Assembly: GCA_030295235.1 (NCBI GenBank) | Contig: AP026164.1 | Coordinates: forward strand, 248,001-312,000 | Length of the DNA stretch: 64,000 nt | Origin: Fistulifera solaris | Taxonomy: Eukaryota | Reading direction: 5' to 3' | Shown here: piece after piece, positions 37,386 to 49,950 of the stretch | How the letters are laid out: each line of letters opens with the position of its first letter | Position numbering within the stretch: position 1 is the first letter of the stretch | Translations under genes and position numbers: made by a program | The notes under the pieces: model-generated | The model's input: only the letters and a program-made list of their open reading frames with translations | The model's database searches: none | What the model was told of the DNA's origin: nothing

Positions 37386-37737
37386 AGCGTAACAAGGCAC
37401 TCGTGCTCACGCAATCGAAAATATCGTCCTACCACATCAAAGCTTTGACTACGATCCATGCAACCATGAAACCTGTAGGAAACAAAAGACTATTTGTTGC
37501 TCTTGAAGCAAAGAGCCTCAATCCATTAAATTTTCACTTGTCGGGTATCATCTTGTCGTTAGTCGATAGTCTTTCATATTTTTGGAGGCGAAAATTTCAG
37601 AGTATCCACGAAAAAGACAAAAAGGAGACATTCGCATTATACCACCATGATTCAGTAAGTTTCAAGGTCACAGTCTTGATTTTGTTCCTTTCATAAAGAC
37701 CATGTCGACGATAAAAACCCCGTATCCCCATTCCCCA

Positions 37738-38355
37738 TCAATCATTGTGCTGTCTATTCACGGCAGCAAGTCCCGGAACGGGCAAGATACGCACAAACAT
37801 TAAATGCCCCACCGCCAACCCAGCTGCCACCGAGAACAAAAGCTCCAGTGAATACATCATGGCCACGATCATAATGACATACCCCAGAAGCGACTGCAAC
37901 GCATAAATGAGGACGAGAGCGATCTTTCGAAAGGGTTTGCTGGGTGCCTGTGTGCGAAGAATCCATTCACGGAATGCGGAAATGGCTTCCATGACGATGG
38001 CCAAGAGAAAGGAAAAGACCATGGCTCCGCGAAATTCCTTCGGGCTGGCCAGTAACCATGAATTGAATAGATAATTCAGGCATTGCTGTTGTTCTTGTGA
38101 TGATTGCCAAGGACGACCATCTTCATCAACAGAATTGCCTTTCATCTTTAAAGACCAGTGGAAACCATCCATAAACATAGTCATGGGCATGCCTGCGCAA
38201 AAGGTAGACGACGACGAAGAATCATCATTATTGTCGTTCTCGGAATGGGAGTGCATCGAATCGTGCTCATGGCCAGCCCCGGCAGTGTTGCGGCTCAAGT
38301 ATACCAGAACAACTATTGCTATGGACGACAACCTGAAAGCTTTGTGCAGCAGCAT
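37738..38355 (-). CDS. Ctr-family copper transporter
   Basis: His/Met-rich N-terminus (HEHDSMHSH, MPMTMFM), YLFNSW, GYVIMIVAMMY (MxxxM), GLAVG. Confidence 0.9.
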   Translation of the reverse strand: MLLHKAFRLSSIAIVVLVYLSRNTAGAGHEHDSMHSHSENDNNDDSSSSSTFCAGMPMTMFMDGFHWSLKMKGNSVDEDGRPWQSSQEQQQCLNYLFNSWLLASPKEFRGAMVFSFLLAIVMEAISAFREWILRTQAPSKPFRKIALVLIYALQSLLGYVIMIVAMMYSLELLFSVAAGLAVGHLMFVRILPVPGLAAVNRQHND

Positions 38356-39237
38356 TCTAGTATTTACAATGATGTGATCTAAGTGGCATTTGTTGTTGTG
38401 TTGATCGTCGCGTTTATTGTCGCCCATCGTGTTGATCGTTGATCCTACATACTTGTACTGTACCTGGTACAGTACTGTTATTCGTTATTCGTTATTCTTT
38501 TACCCTCGTGCGGCAAGGATGGCCAACTCATGACTGCATTTGCAGCCATTTCAGTCACAAAAAATCTAGCCTACTCTTCGCACAATACTTTGTAGTTCAC
38601 ACTCCAGCGAGATAGAAATGGGAACCGAATAGAGCGTATTAATCCATCAAAATCTTTTAAAACAAAACTATCGATGAAACCTCTATTTTGATTCAAGTAT
38701 GGGCTACAAGCAAGTGATCAAAGCAGGCTGATTTGCTCGAAAACTATGCTATCGACAGGAAAACGATTGAAACGGCAACAAATTCGTTTACCAATGATAG
38801 CACGAGGTGTATATTTCTATTTAGAGTGTCATTACTAACTATTAAGTTCATTTCGAAACGCAATACCTCGATGAATACCTTTGAAAAGTATCTGGATCAT
38901 ATTATTTTTAGGCTCAAAGTTTTTGGTTCAACAGTACAACGAATGGGTTTCAGTCATGATGATGAACACATCGGAAAACGATTGAAATGGCAACAAATAG
39001 TCTAGGTGCACAAATGGGCACTCCCCTCAAGTCTTGATCTTTGATCGGTCAACGATAGAGGGTCAAAGCAAAGCGATGGGCTCAAAAATACTAGCGGTGC
39101 ACGGCATGGGACCCGAATAATGTCAACAGATGATGACTTAATTATGAGCCTAGTAGGAATTTGAGAAAAAAATACAACAAATCTTGCTGGGTGAGTTTGT
39201 CGACGCTTTAGACCGAATTTATAATTCAGTCCTATTT

Positions 39238-40480
39238 TTACTCGTGTATTCGAACACAACCCATTTGTCTCGCCTTTCCTGGTTTGACTGCCCAGTGTAT
39301 GAAATGATTCCATCCAGCAGAGCCAAATAGAGATTTGACCGTTTCTCGTTCTTCTTCGTCCGTCAAAGAATCACTGCTTTCGGAACAAGTCAAATGATCG
39401 GCAAAGCAAATTGAAGCATTCTCGCCATCGGCCCTGGCCACTTCCCGAAACAACTGAAACAGTTCCTTCGGTAGACCATCGTTCAGAAACATCATGACCC
39501 CTTCAATGACATAAATTGTATGCCAAGTCTCTCCTTGCTTTTTTATTCTGCGGAAATTCAGCTAAAATATCTCTCACTGCATCCAGATCATTCAAGTCGA
39601 CGGCACGCAATTCGGGCAATTGCACGGGTCCCTTTGTTTTCTCTCTACGTTCTTTCAATCGTTCCAACAACGCTCGTTTCCCATGAATGACCACGGGTAA
39701 ATCCAATTCCCAGGCTTCTTGCACGCGAGGATTTTGTGACAGTATACGTGTCGCTCGTACATCATAACCACCACCAATGGCGACCAAACGAATTTTGGTC
39801 GATGAGGGCAAGCGCGCGATTTCTTGTTGAATGCATCGATTCAAAAAGACGGTACGATATTCGACATTGGCATGATGCAAACGTGGATAAAGCGAAATAG
39901 GAATGAGTTTCAAAATCCACCATCGGGAATAGTTGGGCATCATGTCATACGTCCAATCATTGTCTTGGCAGATGGATTGGGGATCAACACTGGTGATTGC
40001 TTTACACCAGAGCACTTTGAGAGCATTTTTGTTTTCGACCGTCACATCATTCCAGTGCAGTAATGGTAGTAAGGCATTGTGCAGTTTCCAGGCTTTTCGA
40101 TAGAGCCATTTGGGAGCATTTGGGAGCGTCGGTCGAACTCCGAGCAAGAGCGCAACGTGCTTTCGTTGTGTCGTTATTGAAGCTGTTGTATTACTGTTAT
40201 TGTGAGAGAGCGATCCGGTAGCTACTAGGAATAGTTTCGTCGTCCAGTAATTGAAATTGGAGACTACCAGGTAATGAATGAAAAGAAAAAAGAAAAAAAG
40301 AAAAATCAAGTGAGATAACGACAGCCAAAAAATGACGATAAGTGTCATTTCACATCACGCGTTTCTCCTTCTCATTTTCTCACCTCTTCCTGTACCAATA
40401 GCGGTCCTCCATGATGACGCCGTCGCGAGTAAAACGGTCAAAAGCAGAAATACACGCCACAATCGTCGTCTGAAATCCAT
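39238..40480 (-). CDS. LCM/leucine carboxyl methyltransferase-like SAM-dependent methyltransferase, probably plastid; intron 40383-40264, frameshifts ~39545 and ~39500
   Basis: Exon 1 MDFRRRLWRVFLLLTVLLATASS-W; RT.FLN, AIGGGYDVR, WELDLP.V, VDLND, EGVMMFL. Confidence 0.8.
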
Positions 40481-40793
40481 TTTTAATACATCGAAATAGA
40501 AGCAAAAGATGAATAAAACGTTAAAATAATGAACATGTTGAATATGTGACTTTCAGCGTCGATATTCCGACTACTCTGCTTGCGATAGTCAGGATTTGAA
40601 AAGAACATGACTACATTGAGTTACGACTGAGTCGTCATTTGTGACGTCACTTCGAAATTTCGAAACCTGCCTTGATCTCCATCGTCCGCATTCATTATTG
40701 TGGTTGTCGCATTTGATTCCGTTGCACCCAAGCAAGAAAATGAATGCAAATAGGTTGCATCGCAATAATAAAAGAGAATATTTTTTTCAATAA

Positions 40794-42130
40794 ATGATGA
40801 ATGCTACAGAATCCGACACTACTGTAGACGTCTTTACGGGCGTCGCGAGCACTTATGAGGATTTGTATGCGATGTTACTCTTTGTTTGATAATGTTCCTG
40901 TTGGGCGATGTTTTCTGCAAACGCTGTTTGAAAGTAGTGCCTCCGTTAGTCGGATACATACTAACAGGAATCCTGTTGGGTCCGGAAGGTTTTGATCTGG
41001 TGCCGGTTCCGAAAGCGTGGGTCTTGTTGGGCAATCTCGGACTGGTCTTATTGATGGTCCAAGCGGGCTTGGAAATGGATTTGGCAATATTGCAACAAGT
41101 GGGTGCTCGAGGATTCGTCATGGCGATTGTGGGTTCCATTCTGCCGATTTCCATCGGTATGTTTTTATCGAAATTTGTTCTAAGACAATCGGGAAATACT
41201 GTGATAGCCATGGGCTGCTGTTTTGGACCGACCAGTGTGGGGATTGCTTTGCAAGTACTGGGGCCATGCGCGGTATTGGAAACACCCTTGGGGCAATTGA
41301 TTGTGGCGGCAGCGATTGTTGATGATTTAATTGCGCTTCTCATGTTGAGTCAATTGGAAGCATTGACTGGAAATATTACGGTCACACAAATTGTCGTGCC
41401 GATTGTCAGTGCGTTTCTCTGGTTGTTTGTCGGTGGGGCAGTGGCGCTCTGGGTCGTTCCAGTGATTCGTAAATGGATGTGGCATCAAATACCATCCCTA
41501 CAAGACGAAAACAACAATACAGTTTTGCTCATGACACTGTTGGGACTGGTCTTTGCGTTATTGCCGGCGACTTATTATTCGCAAGCATCCTATCTACTCG
41601 GAGCGTTCTTGGCCGGTTTGAGTTTTTGTCAAGAATCCATCCAAAAAGTGTATCGTCAACAATTCCAACGCCTTCTCACATGGTTAATGAAATTCTTCTT
41701 TGCGGCGACCATTGGCTTTCAAGTGCCCTTGTCGGAATTCCAAAATGGCCGTGTGCTTCGAAATGGGTGTCTACTGTATTTGTCTCTCGTGGGGAAATTG
41801 GCGGTCGGACCCATTTTTACTCCTTGTTGGGAAGGACGACGGTGGCGAGGAAACCATCTGCGGGATTGTGCTGTAGTAGGATTCAGTATGGCGGGCGAAG
41901 CTGAATTTGCTTTCTTGGTGGCCGTGTTTGGTGTAACGGAACAATTGATTCCGCCAGACTTGTATGCCAGTGTGGTTCTGGCAATCTTATTATCAACAAT
42001 TTTGAGTCCTGTCATGCTGCGGACGCTGTTGGCCGTGTATCCCATGACACCGAAAATGGGTCAAGACAGTTCCAATGGCGAACATAAATCCATTCAATCC
42101 GAGCGAAAGGAATCAGAAGACACAGGCTAG
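40794..42130 (+). CDS. CPA2-type Na+(K+)/H+ antiporter (frameshift ~40882)
   Basis: PPLVGYILTGILLGP, GLEMD, PTSVGI, AAIVDD, LGAFLAGL, GEAEFAF. Confidence 0.9.
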
Positions 42131-42943
42131 GTGCATTTACCTAGCTTAGGGATTAAAGAGAAAGCAATCAAAACGCCTCCGGTACCTACGGGTAAGGACC
42201 ATTGGGCCACGTCTGAGCAATATTCAGTTGCTGAACGGGCACGAATTAATCAAAGTTGCTCCTTTCTCTCAAAGGACAATTATCCTTTTCTACCGTTCGA
42301 AATAAGGATAAAGTATAGTCGCAGTGTCGTGCCGATTGGCAACATTAGTGCGAGGTCTTGGACCTAGAGCATTCCATGGTCATAACGCGTGACTGGAGTT
42401 TAGTCTTGGAAAAGTTGAGAGAAGATATTGGCCCACAGCCCACAGTAAACTTCGGTTGAGAAAATTAAAAAGTGCAGACAATGTTCAAGGTACATCGTGA
42501 AGCTTGCGACTTCGACAAAGCATTTATTCTGGAATCGATCCACTTAATCGAAAATGAAAAATAGTGAGCTAGTTTTTGCATTCCTCCAGCCATACCCTGG
42601 TAAGGTTAGTTTACAAAATCATGTACTGTAAAAAAAATTAGCTGGTACATTTCTACGTGGGGATACTATTCTGGTACGACACTCAAAGCCAGCTGTGCCG
42701 GTACAAGCATGTCTGTGACGTATGCAAAGACTGTCACACTGCTGTCGTTGGTCGGTCGGTTTCTTTACTGTCGTCGCGTCGCGTCGCGTCATGCACGCAC
42801 TGTTCTACTGTGCGGCGTGCGGCGTACGACGATCGTTCGCTTTTTACTGCAGCAACGCAGCAGCAACGGCAACGTCGCGCGCAATTTGTTGCTATTGTTG
42901 TTTTATTGAATACATCTAAAAAAATAACAAATTAATACGGATC

Positions 42944-43609
42944 ATGAGTAATTTGTCGGTTAGTTCCCGTCGCGCTATGCGAACTGTCGCACAACGTGCC
43001 TCGATTGACTGGTATGTAGAGATCGTAGCAGAGTGTTTGTGCCGACACCGCCTTGAACCGGATCGATCTGTTTGCTATCGCCCTCTACGCTTCATGAACT
43101 AAAATTTTTGTGTATTCTTTCACAGGTCCCGACCCGTGTGGAGTTGCAGTCCGGAAGTATCGGCTAAGTTCAACAATTTCAAATCCTGGGTCGCCATGTC
43201 CGAGTCAATGTTTGAGAAATACCAAAAGCCCCCGGCCCCGGTGGACTTTAACGCCGCCAAGAAGAATGTCCGCGACAAGCAACTCGTGGAACAACTCGAG
43301 GCATTTTACAAATCCAGCTCGCCTCCTCCGGAAGTCAGTGTTATGCCCGAAGCCGAAAAGGCGAAGAGTGAAGAAAATATTGCTTATTTGAAAGAGTTGG
43401 ATGCCTTTCACAAGGAATTCATTCCAGTGGTGGAGAAGGAGATCGAGTTCTTGCAGAACAACCGAACTACTGCGGATACTACTCTCTTTGATATGCAGGT
43501 GGCCTATCCGTTGATCCATGAAGAGGTAGAGAACGAGTTGGAAGCGCGTGAATGGTTCAAGGATACGGAGTACGAGAAGAAGGGAGGTGGAGATCACCAC
43601 CATCACTAA
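42944..43609 (+). CDS. ATP7: Mitochondrial ATP synthase subunit d; intron 43012-43125
   Basis: SIDW spanning the splice junction, PVDFNAAKKNVRDKQLVEQLE, YPLIHEEVENELEAREW. Confidence 0.8.
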
Positions 43610-43794
43610 AATACATATAACAGTGGTAGCAGTACTTTCCTTTTAGGTTATGATTACTAGTCTTTGTATGATACCGGCTTGGATGTGTGGAGTAAAACGT
43701 GTTGCGGCTTCATGCTTAATCAAAACTAGTGTAGAATATAACACAGCATTGTGTTTGATTATAGCATTTTACATTATGTCAGTGTGACGTTCTT

Positions 43795-45212
43795 TCACAC
43801 CAAAGTAGCCATTTCATTGAATCGTTGAAACAACTCTTCTACTACAAAACCCACAGAAAGTGATCCCAACACAGGTAACGAAGCGTTGGGGACCATCGAT
43901 GGGATCTTGTTCGCCGAGGAATCCGAAGCTTGATCTTGTTGCTGCTTCCAAACCATTGCCACTGGAATAATACCGTAGAGTAGCGGCGATCCAAACGACC
44001 CCGCTAGGTTGAGAGCTTCCGTGAATCCTGATCCGCTACTGAATGCCAAGGCAGCAGACAAAGGAACTCCCAGTGAAAGACCGGCGGCGATCATGTTGTT
44101 GCTTTCGCCATCGGATGAATTGTCTTTACGTTTACCAGGAACAAAGTTTTGATTTCTTCCGACAAGGATAGCGATGTACCAAGGGTCGATCCCGCTATAG
44201 CAAAGACGGAAAAGGCGGATAGCAAGAGCTCCGCAAGGTCTCCTTGAATGCCACCGCCCAACGATGTGTAACACCAACACAAGTACATAACGAGAGGAAT
44301 GAAGGATCCTGTAATGAGAGCGGCAGTCACTTTCGCTCGATCATAATCCAATAACTTGACAACGGTGGGAACAATGTTTTGATAAATCATGGCGATGAGA
44401 ATGACCGGTGCGGCTTCCATGGCTGCACCCATGACATTGTCGGGGCTGGTGGTTGAAGCTGTCAAGGTCTCCATCGGATCACTCACGGCCGCCATTCCGG
44501 GAATGACTATTGCAGCGAATGTGACAAACAAAAGAGTCACGCAGATGGAACTGACTTGCGAAACGTTCTTGGTAGATTGGGTGCCTACTACAACTGCCGC
44601 CAGAGTAGCCCAAAGACACGAAGCGGTCCCCGCAGGCACCCCAAAGTAATCCACTCCCAAAACACCGGCTCGGCTGATATCAAACGATTGAATCAACCCA
44701 TTGACGAAGATGGAAATAGCGGCAATGCCGTTAGCGGCTAGTGGATTCTTTAAATTCGCCTCGGCGAATTCTTGAAAGGATGCCGGAACATCTTCTGCTG
44801 ACGTTTCTCGTTGATGAATCGCCACCTGTGCCAGCAACAGACCCGAAACTAAGTTCACTATGTAAGCGGCGGCGAAGATTCCAGTAGAAGCCACGAGACC
44901 GGGTTCTGCCGTGAGTTCTGGCATAACGAGACAGCCAGCGCCTACGGTATTTCCTGTAATCAGAAAGGATGCCCCTAGAACAGGAAGCACAAAACTGTCC
45001 CAGGCATTCGATGCCGTCGTTCTTTGTGATGGGACTGTGTACGCTCTCGCATCCAAGGTGTCTTCTTTGTAAGGGAATTGAGAAGAAGTAGTGGATGTCG
45101 TGAAAGCCGATAGCTCTTCTTTCGTTCGCACTACTTTGTTCTCTTGAATGACAAAACCTTTGGCTGTCGAAGTAAGAAAGCCTAGTCCGATAAGTGAATG
45201 CAGTCTCTTCAT
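43795..45212 (-). CDS. Tyr/Trp (HAAAP, TyrP-like) amino-acid permease, plastid presequence (frameshift ~44145)
   Basis: AKG-F presequence, LITGNTVGAG, YQNIVP, GSFIPLVMYLCW, AGSFGSPLLYGIIP. Confidence 0.88.
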
Positions 45213-45597
45213 CTGTAGAATATGAAGCTTATTATCGTAATAATAATAATAGCAAGGTGTCGTCTTTTGAAACGTAATGTCTTTAATGTGCCAAAGGCGT
45301 CGAAGTTTGGCAACTGGCTTTTGAGCCTTGAGCCGCAAGAATGAGAAAACGGAACACCACGTTGGCCTTTTTTCCAAAAGCGAAAAACGAAAACAGAAAA
45401 CAGAACTTCGTCGGGTGAAATTCGGGTCGACAGCAGAACATCGTTGGCATATCGCCGTATGTAATATGTACCGGTACGAAAGCGAGTGAATAGTGTGTAT
45501 CAAGTACCCGGTACCGGATGCCGGAAGTTCGAATGTATTTAGATTTCCTGTAGCTCTCGTAGGAAATTTATGAATACTGGCGATCTCATCACGCATC

Positions 45598-45620
45598 CAT
45601 TCATTCATTCATTCATTCAT
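45598..45620. repeat. (CATT)n microsatellite
   Basis: About 6 tandem CATT units. Confidence 0.85.
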
Positions 45621-46044
45621 CTGCTTTGCACCAATATCATCGCAACAATCTCCAACATGGAAATGGTGCGTACCACTTAGTGATATGATCGACACCAAAT
45701 AAGTGATATCTACACGCTAAAAGCATGCATGTTGCTGCGCTCCGAATGTCTCTACTTTGTAGAGAGGAAGATCTCACGTAGCCTCTCGTAGGGAATATTA
45801 TTGACAAAGGTAAACCCGGATATTACGTGGCGTCCTTCTGTACGTAGATAAGGTTACCGGTTATCTGGGGAACGACATCTTCATCCTCATCATCGGCAAG
45901 CGATCGGCGCAGAACCACTCAAATACTTTCTATGAAGCCCAAAACTGCGTTGGTTAGTTGTCAGGGCAAGGTTTGGAAATCTCTTATATATTCCCATCTA
46001 TCGTTGCATTTTTATAGTTTGTATCATAAGTACATTATCTCAAC

Positions 46045-47577
46045 ATGCGACTCCAACAAGGAGTAACCATCTTTTTGGGGGTGTTCTTTGTGCCGCAATC
46101 AGATGCCTTCACTTTGGTCAAAATCAAGGCGGCTCAACACCCGCCGAAGGCAGTGTCACACATTCTGGTCGTTTCGTCTTCCAAAGATACCGATGATTAT
46201 GATGATTGGTATGCCGATTTTGATCCATCCGATTTTGAGACACCTGTTGCTAGCAATGACAGTCATCGTCGTCCTCGTCGACCGCATGGCTACGTACGAG
46301 ACACGAGCGAGGACAATTCGAATGTCAATTTAGATGCCGTGAACGCACTCTTGCAAGAAAGAGCGGATGCACGGTCACAACGAAATTTCGACGTTGCGGA
46401 TAAATTGAAAGAACAGCTATTGCGAGAGCATGGTGTGAGAGTATTGGACAGGGAATCGATTTGGAGGTCGGGATGTAGTGAGAGTGGTAGTGGTTCGAAG
46501 TTTGGTCGACAAAGAGAGTCTCGTGGTAAAGATCCCATGACGCGTCGACCTGACTCACGTCGTAGCACACTTGGACGTGATTTTGGACCGAAAGGTCATG
46601 ACTATCGACGCGTGGGGACAACCGTGGAAAATGAAAATGAAATTGATGCCGCGCTCGCGGAACGACTGCAGTGCAAACTAAATAGAAATTTCCGTCGCGC
46701 GGACGAGATTCAATTCGACTTGATGACCCGAAATGTTTTCATTAATGACGGTACAAAAGAGTGGAGAGGGGATGGTAAGGCTTTCGACACAACAACCGAT
46801 ACACCCAATAGAAACGGTGCAAAGGAACGGAGAGGTGACTTTAGGGCTTTCGAAACAAGGGCCGACGAACCCAGTAGGAACGGGCGTGCAGCGCAGCCGT
46901 ATGCGCCATCTCCCCCTAGGACATATTCCCAATCACCTCACAGTGAATATTCCGAAGATTTGCCACGCATTGAAGAGTTGGTAGCCCAACGAGCAGAAGC
47001 CAAAGCAATTAGTGACTTTCGCACTGCAGATGCTATACGCGAAGAACTGCGCTCGGTTCACAATGTTATCATTAACGATCGATTGTTGCTATGGTCTGTG
47101 GGCGGAAATTTTGACGCACCTAGAGAGTGGCACCAGTCAACCAATTCATATGAAATATCCGACCATGATGCTAGCGAAGTTAAAAAGATGCTGGAAGAAC
47201 GCACCGAAGCCCGATTGGTCAGAAACTTTAAGGAAGCTGACGAGATTCGTGAGAACCTGCGAACTAAGTTTAACGTTCTCATAAGTGATCGGACAAGTGA
47301 GTGGTGGGTGGAATGGCCTCTTTCGGATGAATCTAGTAGTAGAGCTTCTGGAAATGATGAGTACAATTTGGACGTCAATGATGTATTAGCTTTCGATGGG
47401 TCAATGGTCGCTAACGAGTATGAATCAGAGATTTCCGAGTCTTCTGGTAACACCGCCGAGGCAAGTGAGTTAGAACGGCTCACCGTCGCTACACTGAGGG
47501 AGAGGTTGCGTGAAGCTGGCCTTCCCGTCAGTGGAAAGAAGTCCGAGCTGATTGCTAGATTAACGTCGTCTACTTAG
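46045..47577 (+). CDS. Plastid-targeted protein with four CysRS anticodon-binding-domain-like repeats and a C-terminal SAP domain
   Basis: SDA-F presequence; 4x [IV]..L..R..A[RK]...[ND]F..AD.I...L....V.I.D....W; LTVATLRERLREAGLPVSGKKSELIARL. Confidence 0.82.
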   Translation: MRLQQGVTIFLGVFFVPQSDAFTLVKIKAAQHPPKAVSHILVVSSSKDTDDYDDWYADFDPSDFETPVASNDSHRRPRRPHGYVRDTSEDNSNVNLDAVNALLQERADARSQRNFDVADKLKEQLLREHGVRVLDRESIWRSGCSESGSGSKFGRQRESRGKDPMTRRPDSRRSTLGRDFGPKGHDYRRVGTTVENENEIDAALAERLQCKLNRNFRRADEIQFDLMTRNVFINDGTKEWRGDGKAFDTTTDTPNRNGAKERRGDFRAFETRADEPSRNGRAAQPYAPSPPRTYSQSPHSEYSEDLPRIEELVAQRAEAKAISDFRTADAIREELRSVHNVIINDRLLLWSVGGNFDAPREWHQSTNSYEISDHDASEVKKMLEERTEARLVRNFKEADEIRENLRTKFNVLISDRTSEWWVEWPLSDESSSRASGNDEYNLDVNDVLAFDGSMVANEYESEISESSGNTAEASELERLTVATLRERLREAGLPVSGKKSELIARLTSST

Positions 47578-47851
47578 AGGAATCATAATTAGTCTACTAA
47601 AAGACTAGTTCTTAATTCGTCTGCTAAAAGACTAGTGTTAGCCGCCAAGCTCAATGAACTCTAACAATGGTCGTCTTGATACCAAAGAGCTTTTTCCCGT
47701 CATTGGAGAAAATCTAAGCTGGCTGCTTGTGATGCATTGTGCATTGATACATAGCGTGGGTAGGTCAAGATGAATGGTTGTATACTCAAAATACCTGGAA
47801 CTGTCTTTCTATTAATAATTTAGAATGTATGTATGTCTTGCAAGAAACTTC

Positions 47852-49950
47852 TCAAAAGCACTCGGAGCAGCAAGAACAGGAAATCGCCGAGCAATCAGTT
47901 GCAAAAAGTTGTAAATACGTCGGATTGGTCTCTCTTCGCGTGCTCAACACTTTGCAAATATCCTCGAAAGATCCAGCAAATTGATTGCCATGCGATGAGA
48001 AAAGAACTGACAATAAATGAAATCGTGAGACCCCAAATTTTGTGCGACATCATAGGACATTCAAGCGAAGTACTCACTGAGGTTCTCGAGCCGAGACAAC
48101 GCAACAACTGGTAAAGGCTCGGTGAAGTTGTTGTTTTCCACTTGCAACACCATCAATTCGGTCAAATTTGCGATATCAGATGAGAGCCCTCCGACGAACG
48201 TATTGTTGTTAAGATCAAGTGCTCTGAGTGCGGCAATCGAATACAAACTTCCCGGTAGCACTCCACTCATTTTGTTATCGTCTAGTTCAAGGATTTGAAG
48301 CTGCTTGAGACTTCCGATGCTTGAAGAGATAGTACCATTTATGTGGTTATGATCGAGAGAGAGCTGGACCAACGAAGAGAGCGCATAAATCTCTGATGGC
48401 AAGGGTCCATTGAGTCCATTGTCTTTCATCACAAGCTTTGTCACTTGTTTCGCCGTGTCGCACGAAACACCGTACCAATCGCAGTGATGTTCATCGCTTA
48501 GCCATCGCTTCTCGCAACTCAGATCACCCGTCGAGCAAGACGCCCAAGCATCTCCTTGTGTGGCAAAGTAAAGAAGAACCAGCACGTATCGTTCGACGGT
48601 GTCACGACCATTCTCTGGACATGCGATGTAGCCATCCTCCTGATCCAACCACATTCTGGCCCACCATTCAGGTGAGCCCGGGGTCAGGCCTACGACTGGA
48701 TTGGATACATTGGAGAACAGCATCACCAATTCAGTCGAACGAAGCTCTGCTTCAATACCACACTTCTCCACAATAATCCCACTACGTCCAGGGAAAGTTG
48801 GCACCTGCGTGGTAGAAGGACCATTTGTGATTGACGGCTCCAAAGAAAGTGAGGGAATATCGGACGGAAAGTCGGATGAGAGAGAGTCGACAGTCGGTTG
48901 TGCCTCGTCTGGCTGTAAGACTACGCTTGAACTCGGCGAGACGGAAGGAATTACTCCGATGGCAGTCGGCGTGGACGGTACAACCTCGGACGTGGGCAGA
49001 GCTGCTCCAGTTGGCGCTACTACTGGCATGGAACTGGCTTGGGGCAAAATGTTCGTAGGTGCCGCCTCGCCCGATGGTGTCGCTACGGGCGATCCATTCG
49101 GGTTGGGTGCAATGGGCGACCCTTGCACCGGTGTTAGAGTAACCGAGGGCGATACTACCGTCGGAATGGATGGAGGTGATTCTTCAGTCGGCACCGATCC
49201 TGGCGATCCCACTATGGGGGCTGGAATGGGCGCCTCGGCCGTAGGAGAGGAGACTGGTGACGTCTCTCCGGTCGGTGTTACGACCGAATTATCTGTAGGT
49301 GAAGAAGCTGGCAACCCACCTTCAGAAGGAATCGATACGGGAGACACTCCGGGAGTTGCAACAGGAAATCCAACTGTTGGAGACACAGGGGATCCTTCTG
49401 TAGGCATGGAGACGGGAGATCCTTCTGTAGGTAATGAGACAGGCGATCCTTCTGTAGGCATGGAGACAGGAGATCCTTCTCCAGTTGGCGTCACTATAGG
49501 TGACCCTTCTGTAGGAGACGAGACAGGAGATTCCTCTCCAGTCGGTGTAGTTCCCGACGCGACGTTTGTGGGCGATGACACTGGCGTTTCTTCTCCAGTG
49601 GGTGTTACCACGGATCCTTCCGTGGGCGCCGAAACCGGTAAACCTTCACTAATCGGTGGAAGGACAGGAGAGGCAACTGGTGGAGTCACAACACTTCCCG
49701 ATGGAGAAGGAGGTACTATAGGCTGAACGGGAAAAGACATTGACATTGACTGCATTTCCAGGTTGCTTTCATCGTAATCTCTCATCAGAGTATCCAAAAA
49801 TACCTCAACTTGGTGTTTATCAGTGAATCTGTTCTCAGTCATTGCTCTTCGATTGGTGAATTTAATCTCATAGGATTGATTGCGCATGCGCTTCAAAGCA
49901 GCATCTGCTCCTCCCAAGGTGAACAGCAAGAAGAAAGCTGTCCGAAACAT
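47852..49950 (-). CDS. Secreted/cell-surface LRR protein with a mucin-like P/T/S stalk; intron 48077-48007
   Basis: Signal peptide, PTEGSPVS repeats, ERYVL..LYFAT.G..W, CDWYGVSC, LRRs, terminal CSCCSECF*. Confidence 0.9.
49190..49700. repeat. Coding minisatellite (~30-bp PTEGSPVS units)
   Basis: Near-identical units such as GATCCTTCTGTAGGCATGGAGAC around 49385-49480. Confidence 0.85.

Noticed and set aside
35730..42130. Metal/ion gene cluster (heme-binding protein, Ctr, methyltransferase, antiporter)
   Set aside because: Different compartments and orientations; no evidence beyond chance adjacency.
45213..45608. Long N-terminal extension of the permease ORF
   Set aside because: A typical signal peptide starts at 45212; the extension covers promoter motifs and a microsatellite.
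49190..49700. CRISPR-like array
   Set aside because: Coding tandem repeats without unique spacers, no cas genes, eukaryotic context.
48701..49726. 341-aa plus-strand ORF with GDPSVG repeats
   Set aside because: Antisense shadow of the P/T/S repeat region of the LRR gene.
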